A stretch of 64,000 nt of DNA. Origin: Candidatus Latescibacterota bacterium (lineage in GTDB: Bacteria > Latescibacterota > UBA2968 > UBA8231). A model generated the notes under the pieces. The model did not search any database. It saw only the letters and a program-made list of their open reading frames with translations, and was not told the DNA's origin. Location of the stretch: positions 4,064,001 through 4,128,000 of the forward strand of contig OZ242318.1 in the NCBI GenBank assembly GCA_965208105.1, in the 5' to 3' direction. Within the stretch, counting starts at the first letter, position 1. The number at the start of each line of letters is the position of its first letter. This document shows positions 10,501-18,154 of this stretch, piece after piece. The position numbers were made by a program, and so were the translations under genes.

Positions 10501-13500
10501 ACCGACCAGTCCATCGCCATTACCACGGAAGCCGTGGAATCCTGGCGCACCAGTTGGTCGAATGCCTGCAGGCCCTGCTGCGGGGTGAACCAGCGGCCTC
10601 CCAGTGCTGATCGTTGCCGGTCGATTCGATCCCGTTGTTCGGCGGCTTCGCCAATCTCCGACCATGCCCCCCAGGCGATAGCCTGTCCGGGAAGTCCCTG
10701 CGCACGGCGGTGGCCGGCTAGTTGATCCAGGAAGGCATTGGCTGCAGCGTGGTTCGCCTGGCCCGGATTGCCCATGACCCCGACTCGGCTCGAAAAGAGG
10801 ATGAAGAGATCCAGATCGCGATCCTCTGTGGCCCGGTGGAGATGCCATGCGCCCAGAATCTTCGGCCAGAGCACCGTTTCGAATCGCTCCCAACTCTGGT
10901 TGGAAAGCGCGCCGTCCGACAGCACGCCCACACTGTGGATAACTCCCCCAAGGGGCGGCAGCGTCGCATCAATCCGCGTCAACATCTGGTCAATGGCGGC
11001 GGTGTCGGTCACATCCGCGAGTTCCACCTGAACCGTCAGGCCGCGCTCGCGCAGATGGCCGATGGCCTCCTCGGCCTCGGCATCCGGAGGCCGGCGCCCA
11101 TTCAGCACGATTACACCTGCTCCGTGGTCGGCCAGCCAGCCGGCTACGGCGCATCCGATCCCGCCCAGACCACCGGTCACCAGATAAGTCCGGTCCTGTC
11201 TCAACCTCCCCTTCAAAAGCGGCGTCGGAGTCACGACGATTTTCCCGAGGTGCCGGGCAGATCGCATGAAGCTCAACGCGGCCCCTGCCTCGGCCAGTGG
11301 CCACCTGCTGTGAATGATCGGTTTCAGCTCTCCGGCCGAAAGGCGCTCCATTACCTCCCGGAGAACCCTTCCTACCCACGCCGGCTCGGTTTTTTTCAGG
11401 ACATCCAGTTCGAGGATGGCGTAGGCCACATCCGGACGCACCGCCGCCATCTCCTCCTCGCTCAGGATGTCCCTCCGGGCCATCTCGACGAACCTGCCGC
11501 CCTGTCTGAGGCAGGACAGACTGGCGTCGATGAAGCCCTCTCCCGTAAGGCTGTTGAGCACCACGTCCACGCCCGCGCCTCCGGTTGCTTCGAGGATTTC
11601 CGTGCCGAAGGCTGTATTGCGGCTGTCGAATATGTGCTCCACCCCCAATGACCGGAGATAGGCCTGCTTCGGGGCGCTCGCGGTGGCGAAGACTTCAGCT
11701 CCAGCGGCCTGCACCAGCTGAATTGCCGCCAGCCCGACGCCGCCGGCGCCTGCGTGAATCAGCACCCGCTCACCGGCCTCCAGTCCAGAAAGCTCGAAGG
11801 AAAGCGCCGCGGAAACGAATGCGCTTGGCACCGTGGCCAGTCCGGAGACCGAGAATCCCGACGGCGCGGGCGCCACCAACTCTTCCCTTGTGATCATTTG
11901 CGGCCCGAAGGCGCCGAACCCCAACCCGACCACAGGGTCGCCTGCGGAGACGGTTGACACCTCGGACCCCACCTCGAGGATGTGGCCGCACATCTCCCTG
12001 CCCAGCAGGCCCTCTTCGATGAATCCGAGAGACCGAAACACGTCCCAGAAGTTGAGCCCGGCCGCCTCGACCGCTACGCGAACTTCCCTCGGTTCGAGGG
12101 CAGGCGCAGGCAGCGGGTGGACATAAGGTCTGTCGAACACCCCTGCCGGGTCCGGAGCCAGCACCCAGTCAGGCTCCTCGGGAAGGGACAGCCGCTCCGC
12201 TTCGGCCCCCGAACGGACAAGGCGCGCCACCCGACGGCTACCCGACCGATAGGCGATGTGATTCTCGGCATCAGGATAAAGGAGTTCCCTGACCAGGTCC
12301 GGTGCCGGCGCCATCTCGCCGGGGTCCAGATCGATCATCTTCGGCTGCAGGTGCGCCGCTTCCCGGGCAATGGCCTTGCCGAAGCCCCAGAGCGTTGCCC
12401 CGGCGAGTTCCCCGCCGCGCTCCCGCTCCAGCAGCTGTGCGCCCCGCGTGATCATCCAGACGCCGTTGGCAGGGACAGCATCGGAGTCGATGACTCCCTG
12501 CACCAGAGCCAGAGCGCTGGCTCCAGCCCGCCTTACGTCCTCCGCCATTTCCCCGGTCGTGGCCTGTGCCCCGTGACCGTCCAGTCCCGCGAGATGCACA
12601 ACCCCGCTGAGTGGCAGGTCGTCGGGCAGACTGGTCACGAGTGATTGCCAGGACTCGCGCCGATTCATTTCCACGGCGGTCCTGAAAACACCGGGGCCGC
12701 CCGCAACCGGCCCCTTTTCTTCCGGCGCATCGCTGCTTGCCAGCACCACGGCCTGGTTCCGCGCCGCCAGATCGGTTGCCAGCTTTTCCGCCAGCCCTCC
12801 CTGGTCACCTGCCAGGACCCACACACCTGTGGGCTCCGCAACTTCCGCCGGGCCCTGGGCTACGATCACACCTTTGTCCGGCGTCCGCGAGGGGTCCGAT
12901 TCATCCGGCCCCAGGACTTCCACCGCCTCGAAACCCGCGTTGCCGAGTGCCTGGCGCCACACCGCGGGACTCGCCAGGGCGTGGTGGGGGCGGTAGTCGT
13001 CGGCGAATCGCCACCAGCCGTCCAACTGGCCGAAGGTGAGGTCCATCCAGCCCAGACCGCTCAGGTTCTCCAGCGCCACCAGCTGTCCCGATGGCGCGAG
13101 AAGGTCGCGGCAGTGCCCCAGGGTCTCTTCCAGGTAGCGCGTCGCGTGCAGCACGTTGGACGCGATCAGCAGGTCGTAACCATGGGAGTCGAAACCCTGG
13201 GAGATCGGATCCTTCTCGATATCCAGCGGACGGTACTCGATGCAGCCGCCGCCGTCGCCGAAGCGCGCCTCCGCTTCGGCAAAGAAGCCCGCGGAGATAT
13301 CCGTGTAGACGTAGTCGAACTGTCCTTCAGGAAGCTCCGGAAGCACGGAGGCAGTCGCAGATCCTGTCCCCGCCCCGACCTCGATCACCCTGAGCCGGCG
13401 GCCCGCGGGCAAGGAGGCCACCAGCGCCCTCACCGCTTCTGCCAGCATCCGGTTTGCCGCGCGCGCCACCGGCGCCTTCAGATAGAGATCTGCCGCCGTC

Positions 13501-16500
13501 GGTTCTCCGCTGCTGAACAGCAGGGTCAGGGGATCCGCGCCGCCGCGCAGCACCTCGGCCAGCGCGCGGCCGGAGCGCCGGAACAGCCCGATCTCGGTAA
13601 GGCCGTGGGGGTGCCGGTCGGCCATCCGCGAGGCGAACTCCTCGAGATCGCCAGGCATTTCACCCGGCAGCGGATCCTCGGGTCCCACGGCTACCGTGAA
13701 CCCGGTGTCTGTCTCCTTCACCACGCCGGACCTGGCGAGCATCTCGAAGAGCCGCCGGAAGAGGCGCTCGTGCTCGGAGAGGACATTCAACTGGCTGCGC
13801 AACTCCTCCGGGTCCACGGTCTCGCCCGCCCGGCGCTGCCAGCCCAGTTCTTCCAGCGTCGCCAGCGCGCGGGACCGCGACCAGCGCTCTAGGTCCTCCA
13901 GCAGGGCGTCCCGGTCCCCGGGGTCGACTCCCGCGTCGGTAAGGTAGCCGGCGAACAACTGCGAGCCTTCCGCGACCGCCGCGGGGCTCGGGAAGAAGTC
14001 CGCAGGTGTTATCCCGGATGGAAGGTCGCGCTCGCGCCACACCACCTCGTATAGCAGGTCCTTCACCCCCTGGACTGCCGACAGGAGCGCCTCCCGCGTT
14101 GCCCGCTTCACCGAGTACCCACTGATGCCACCCAGCGGACCCCCGTTCGGGTCGTAGAATTTCAGCTCTCCGCTCAGCACTTCAGGCGGCTCACCCGGAG
14201 TCGCTTCTGCGTCGCGGGACGCCGCGCTCAGGCGCACGTGGCAGATGACCCGATCGGGCAGCCGACCCGCCAGCCACAGCCGTTCCCAGCCGAACGGCAG
14301 ATAGGTGGCTCCACCTTCGGTCCCCGCCAGGTTGCGCGCCACGCCGAAGACCTGGAAGCACCCGTCCAGCACCAGCGGATGGAAATCAAGCCCGTGCCTG
14401 GTCAGAGATTCGGGCAGTGACACCTCCCCCAACGCCTCACCAGGGCTGGACCAGGCCTTCTCGAGCGTGCGAAAGAAGGGGCCGAGATCGACCCCGGTAC
14501 TGGCCCTGTGGCGGTAGTAGCCCGCCAGGTCCACCGGCGACAGGCCGGACTTCAGATTTTCCAGGTCGATCCTCCCACCGGCTTCCACTGCCGGGGAACC
14601 CGATGCCATGCTACCTTCCACATGTACCATCCATTCCCCTTCACTTCCCTTGCTGAAGATCTGAACAGCGGGCGACGACGCCTGCTCGGAAGCGTCGACC
14701 ACGACCTGCATCTTCCGGCCTTCTTCACTCGTCCCGTCCTCCTCCTCGAAGACCAGGGGGTTGTGCAACTGCATGTTTTCTACGACCACTGGCCCGACTC
14801 CTTCGACGGTGGCGGCCGATGCGGCCATGGCCCCGTAGAGGGCGCCCGGCGCCACGACTCTGCCGAACACCCGGTGGTCGTTCATCCACACCGGATCAGA
14901 GGGGAACACCTCCGTCTCGAAGGTAATCTCGCCGCGGGCGGATTCGTGCCGAAGGCCCAACAGGGGATGGCCGGAACCACGCTTCGGCCCCTTGGGCGCC
15001 TCGACCCAATGGCGTTCGCGCTGGAAAGGATAGCCCGGCAGCGAGATCCGTCGCCTCGTTTCTCCCGCGAATAGTCCCCCGAAACGAATTGGGAGCCCCG
15101 CCTGGTAGGCCTCCCCCACCGCCCCCACGAAACCGTCCCCGCTTTCGGACTCAGTTTCATCGCCCGATGGCGGGCTGAGGCTCGACAGCACCACCGGTGC
15201 GGGCGTACTTGGCGACCCCGGCCAGGAGGAGGCCGCCATGGGAGCCAGCACTGACCGGGGGCCGATCTCCAGAACCACGTCTACCCCGAGGCCCCCCAAG
15301 GTTTCGACCCCCTGGGCGAATGCCACCGGCTCCCGGGCATGCCGCCTCCAGTAGGTTCCGTCCTGCGCCTGGCCCGGTTCCACCGCCCTGCCCGTCAGAT
15401 TGCTGACCACGGTAAGGGAGGGAGGCTGGATCGCCATGCCTTCGAGGGAGGATTCCAGTTCGTCCAGGATGGGCTCGACCAGCACGCTGTGGAACGCCCT
15501 GGTCGTATTCAGACGCCTGACCCGCACTCCCTCCTGTTCGAATCGATTCGAGATCGCTTCAATGTCCACAATCGGGCCGCTTACCACCTGGTGGGTTCCA
15601 TTGTAACCCGAGATGCTCAGCCCGGCGTCGGAGGAGGCCGCGTTTACCGCTTCCACCGCGGATGCCACCAGCTCCGGCGAAGCGAAGACCGCTGCCATTC
15701 CACCCTCTCCCATCTGCGACATCAGCGTTCCCCGGACGGCGGCGAAGCGCATCCCGTCCTCGAGGCTGAGCACCCCTGCCGTCTGGGCCGCGGCCAGTTC
15801 ACCGATGCTGTGTCCGACGACCACGTCGGGCCGGATACCGAGGCTCGACCAGAGCGCCGTCAGGGCGCACTCCAGGGCGTAGAGGGCCGGCTGCTCCCAC
15901 TCCGTTTGGCCGAGCTCCCCTTCCCCCCCAGGGCGGCCGAACATCACGTCCAGCAGCGAGGTCCCTCTTTCACGGAGAAGGACTGCCTCGCAGCGGTCCA
16001 GGACCGCGCGCACCACCGGTTCGCTTTCATAGAGGCTCCGTCCCATGCCTACCCATTGGCTCCCCTGGCCCGTATATACAAACGCGACCTTGGATGGTGA
16101 CTGGGCGGCAGGTCCCCGGCCTGACTCTGCAAGTGCGCTCAGGCCCTGGCGCAGCGACGCTGAATCGCTGAATACGACGCCTGCACGGTGGGCAAAATGA
16201 CTGCGTCCCACACCCGCCGTCCACGCCATGTCCGCAAGCAGTGCTTCTCCTTGGGAGGCGGTTTCCCCAGCCTGTTCGTCGAGCCATGCAAGGTATCGCC
16301 CTCCCAAATCCCGCAGCGCCGCTTCGGATTTCCCCGACAGTGGAAGAAGACGGGTCCGCCGGGGCTGGACCTCCCCCTCCGGCAGGGGCAGATCCGCCAT
16401 GGTCGCCGGTACCGCAATCGCCACCGGCTGCGCCGGGCCCATGGCCCATCCATCATCGACGGGCGTCCCGTTGGAGCCTCTGTACTCCTCCACTACAAGG

Positions 16501-17831
16501 TGGGCGTTGGTCCCGGATATCCCGAAGGAATTCACTCCAGCTGCCCGCGGCCGTCCGCCGCGGGGCGGCAAGTCCATCATGTCCGATGTCACCTTCAATG
16601 GCAACCGGTCCCAGTCGAGGCTCGGGTCGGGATCCCGAAAGTGGAGATGTTGGGGAATCACACCCCGCTTCAGCACCAGTGCCGCCTTAATCAGCCCGGC
16701 CACGCCTGCAGCCGACTCCAAATGGCCGATGTTGGTTTTCACCGAGCCGATCAGCAGGGGCTTGTCCGGTTCGCGTCCCCTTCCATAGACCGTGGTCACG
16801 GCGTTGACCTCGATCGGATCGCCCACCGTCGTACCGGTCCCGTGCGCCTCCAGGTAATCCACTTCCGACGGCGGGATTCCCGCCTGCGACAGCGCCGCTT
16901 CCATCACCTGTTCCAGCGCCGGGGCGTTGGGGACCGTCAGTCCGGTACTGGCCCCGCCGTTGTTCACCGCCGCGCCCCGGATCACCGCCCAGATCCGGTC
17001 GCCGTCCGCCTCCGCCTCTTCCAGCCGCTTCAGGATCACGATCCCGCACCCCTCACCCCGCACGTAACCGTTCGCGGAAGCGTCGAAGGTCTTGCACTGC
17101 CCATCCGGAGACAGCATCATCGCATCCGCGCGCAGTTCGTAGATGAGACCATTCAGGAGGACCTGTACGCCGCCTGCGATGGCCAGATCCGCCTTGCCCT
17201 GCTGAAGGTCCGCTACCGCGTCATGGACCGACACCAGGGAAGACGCGCAGGCGGCGTCCACCGCCTTCGCCGGTCCCATGAGACCCATGACGAAAGAGAC
17301 CCGGCCGCTGGCACCGTTGAGGTTGGTGCCGCTGAGGGCGTAGAGGCACCCGGCCGCCTCCGAGGGCTTGCTCGACTCCAGAACAAGCATGCGGTACTCG
17401 TCGTTGCTGATGCCTGTGTAGACGCCGGTAAGGCTTCCTCTCAGTCCCTCGGGATCGATCCCCGCGTCCTCGAGAGCTTGCCAACTCGTCTCCAGCATGA
17501 GCCGCTGTTGCGGATCCAGAAGTTGCGCCTCGACCGGCGAGATCCGGAAAAACTCCGCGTCAAACAGGTCGACGTCGTCGACGAGGGCGCCGTAACGGCA
17601 ACATTCGCTCTGCACCGTGCCTTCGGGAAATAGCTGGCCCCAGCGCCCGTCTCCGGAGCCTGGAACGCCTTCCTTGACCGCGTTCCCGCCGGCCTCGAGC
17701 AAGCGCCAGAAGGACGCGAGGTCCTCGGCGCCGGGGAAGCGGCAGGCCATTCCCACGATGGCTATCGGATGGTTGGGTGGGACTGGCCTTTTCCCGGAAG
17801 AGCTGGATGGTTGCCTGGGATCGGTTTGCAT
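7569..17831 (-). CDS. supA: Type I polyketide synthase SupA (KS-AT-DH-cMT-ER-KR-ACP-KS-AT*)
   Basis: KS1 DAACASS/EAHGTGT/NIGHLE; AT1 GHSIG..RAFHS; DH HRVFGRVVAPG; cMT EVGAGTG/SNVLHAT; ER LIHAGAGGVG; KR GGLGGIG; ACP GMDSL; KS2 LNCASS; degenerate AT2 GQGVG. Domain order and neighbours match the sponge-symbiont ubiquitous PKS. Confidence 0.92.
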   Translation of the reverse strand: MQTDPRQPSSSSGKRPVPPNHPIAIVGMACRFPGAEDLASFWRLLEAGGNAVKEGVPGSGDGRWGQLFPEGTVQSECCRYGALVDDVDLFDAEFFRISPVEAQLLDPQQRLMLETSWQALEDAGIDPEGLRGSLTGVYTGISNDEYRMLVLESSKPSEAAGCLYALSGTNLNGASGRVSFVMGLMGPAKAVDAACASSLVSVHDAVADLQQGKADLAIAGGVQVLLNGLIYELRADAMMLSPDGQCKTFDASANGYVRGEGCGIVILKRLEEAEADGDRIWAVIRGAAVNNGGASTGLTVPNAPALEQVMEAALSQAGIPPSEVDYLEAHGTGTTVGDPIEVNAVTTVYGRGREPDKPLLIGSVKTNIGHLESAAGVAGLIKAALVLKRGVIPQHLHFRDPDPSLDWDRLPLKVTSDMMDLPPRGGRPRAAGVNSFGISGTNAHLVVEEYRGSNGTPVDDGWAMGPAQPVAIAVPATMADLPLPEGEVQPRRTRLLPLSGKSEAALRDLGGRYLAWLDEQAGETASQGEALLADMAWTAGVGRSHFAHRAGVVFSDSASLRQGLSALAESGRGPAAQSPSKVAFVYTGQGSQWVGMGRSLYESEPVVRAVLDRCEAVLLRERGTSLLDVMFGRPGGEGELGQTEWEQPALYALECALTALWSSLGIRPDVVVGHSIGELAAAQTAGVLSLEDGMRFAAVRGTLMSQMGEGGMAAVFASPELVASAVEAVNAASSDAGLSISGYNGTHQVVSGPIVDIEAISNRFEQEGVRVRRLNTTRAFHSVLVEPILDELESSLEGMAIQPPSLTVVSNLTGRAVEPGQAQDGTYWRRHAREPVAFAQGVETLGGLGVDVVLEIGPRSVLAPMAASSWPGSPSTPAPVVLSSLSPPSGDETESESGDGFVGAVGEAYQAGLPIRFGGLFAGETRRRISLPGYPFQRERHWVEAPKGPKRGSGHPLLGLRHESARGEITFETEVFPSDPVWMNDHRVFGRVVAPGALYGAMAASAATVEGVGPVVVENMQLHNPLVFEEEDGTSEEGRKMQVVVDASEQASSPAVQIFSKGSEGEWMVHVEGSMASGSPAVEAGGRIDLENLKSGLSPVDLAGYYRHRASTGVDLGPFFRTLEKAWSSPGEALGEVSLPESLTRHGLDFHPLVLDGCFQVFGVARNLAGTEGGATYLPFGWERLWLAGRLPDRVICHVRLSAASRDAEATPGEPPEVLSGELKFYDPNGGPLGGISGYSVKRATREALLSAVQGVKDLLYEVVWRERDLPSGITPADFFPSPAAVAEGSQLFAGYLTDAGVDPGDRDALLEDLERWSRSRALATLEELGWQRRAGETVDPEELRSQLNVLSEHERLFRRLFEMLARSGVVKETDTGFTVAVGPEDPLPGEMPGDLEEFASRMADRHPHGLTEIGLFRRSGRALAEVLRGGADPLTLLFSSGEPTAADLYLKAPVARAANRMLAEAVRALVASLPAGRRLRVIEVGAGTGSATASVLPELPEGQFDYVYTDISAGFFAEAEARFGDGGGCIEYRPLDIEKDPISQGFDSHGYDLLIASNVLHATRYLEETLGHCRDLLAPSGQLVALENLSGLGWMDLTFGQLDGWWRFADDYRPHHALASPAVWRQALGNAGFEAVEVLGPDESDPSRTPDKGVIVAQGPAEVAEPTGVWVLAGDQGGLAEKLATDLAARNQAVVLASSDAPEEKGPVAGGPGVFRTAVEMNRRESWQSLVTSLPDDLPLSGVVHLAGLDGHGAQATTGEMAEDVRRAGASALALVQGVIDSDAVPANGVWMITRGAQLLERERGGELAGATLWGFGKAIAREAAHLQPKMIDLDPGEMAPAPDLVRELLYPDAENHIAYRSGSRRVARLVRSGAEAERLSLPEEPDWVLAPDPAGVFDRPYVHPLPAPALEPREVRVAVEAAGLNFWDVFRSLGFIEEGLLGREMCGHILEVGSEVSTVSAGDPVVGLGFGAFGPQMITREELVAPAPSGFSVSGLATVPSAFVSAALSFELSGLEAGERVLIHAGAGGVGLAAIQLVQAAGAEVFATASAPKQAYLRSLGVEHIFDSRNTAFGTEILEATGGAGVDVVLNSLTGEGFIDASLSCLRQGGRFVEMARRDILSEEEMAAVRPDVAYAILELDVLKKTEPAWVGRVLREVMERLSAGELKPIIHSRWPLAEAGAALSFMRSARHLGKIVVTPTPLLKGRLRQDRTYLVTGGLGGIGCAVAGWLADHGAGVIVLNGRRPPDAEAEEAIGHLRERGLTVQVELADVTDTAAIDQMLTRIDATLPPLGGVIHSVGVLSDGALSNQSWERFETVLWPKILGAWHLHRATEDRDLDLFILFSSRVGVMGNPGQANHAAANAFLDQLAGHRRAQGLPGQAIAWGAWSEIGEAAEQRDRIDRQRSALGGRWFTPQQGLQAFDQLVRQDSTASVVMAMDWSVFEEAVEDRPPFLEDLLSVASDDEASPASSEDLLSRLREAPAREELLATFLQQEVQAVLRLPTEPEPTVGFFDLGMDSLMAVELRNRLNRAFSEEYVVPNTVVFDYPDIAALARHLAGELGETGSAPAPQIQPQPEPRPTVHGEEDGIAIVGMACRFPGAPDLPAFWHQLEAGADAVTDGRGDSGSWADLAEDLPADYAAYRQGGFVEGLEQFDSRFFRIAPIEARLMDPRQRMLLETSWQALEDAGIDPDRLRGSRTGIYAGISTSEYRDLMAGGDYGVSYLGTAGSMTVGRVSFALGLEGPTIPVELNCASSLVAVHYAVSALQQGEVDMALVGGAQAVLSPDLTREMAELGMLSASGRCRAFDAAADGFVRSEGCGMIVLKRLSEAEADGDRIWGVILGSAVNQNGASAGPTVPNGPAQERVIEEALKRGGVAPEEVDYLEAHGSGSGFGDPIEVQAEAAVYGRDREADRPLLIGSVKTNIGHLEPAAGVASLIKTVLAMKRGVIPPNLHFRDPNPHLDWDQLPVRVVAAVTDWPSNNGRPPRAGVSAFGISGTNSHVVVEGYGEETGVESSDGFLPRGTAREITVSLPEPMADLTLSEEEFRGRGTRVLPLSGKAEGALRALAGAYLSWLEERAEELADAGTAETVLADMAWTAGMGRSHFDCRASVVFRDVESLRDGLKTIAEADERPQPQPPTKVAFAYGGEGSQWVGVGQDLYESEPVARAVLDRCDAQLREDRGASLLEVMFGRAGTEGALDDPEWTQPALYALECALTALWASVGIRPGAVVGQGVGEVAAAQAAGLFSLEEGLRLAGTRNAKHPLERIAVAPPSIPLVSSVSGRVIKEEDAPDDAYWQRQARESMAFGQCLETLAELGVQAIVEIAPEAVLGPMVARSRTQSADAVETPVVLSSLRPDCQWGDGFVASVAQAYQAGMAISFAGLFAGETRRRVSLPGYPFQRRRHWIEAGADSSTEG

Positions 17832-18154
17832 GATCTTTCCTCGTGCTCATCATTCAAGGCATTTTATTTTCCTCGCATCTCGCATAACAAAAAATAATTA
17901 CAAAAGGGTGGGAACGCAGTGATATAATTACAGGCGGGCGGGAACGCATGGGGAATCCGTAATTTGGTGAAGAAACCCGCGGGTAGGCTTGGAAGGACCC
18001 GACGGGGTTGATCCAAGATAGAAGGGCCGGCATAATGGACGGCACTGAAACGGGGATCGCCGGTGGGCAGCCTATCGGGGTCGTGGGGGCCCACGTCTGC
18101 ACTGCCATGACCGTGGCTGAGTTCGGGGAAGGGGATCCCCGGAAACCCGGGGGA

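Noticed and set aside
7608-17633. Long plus-strand ORFs opposite supA (e.g. 16188-17633, 12645-13892)
   Set aside because: Antisense shadows expected from GC-rich codon usage; no motifs.
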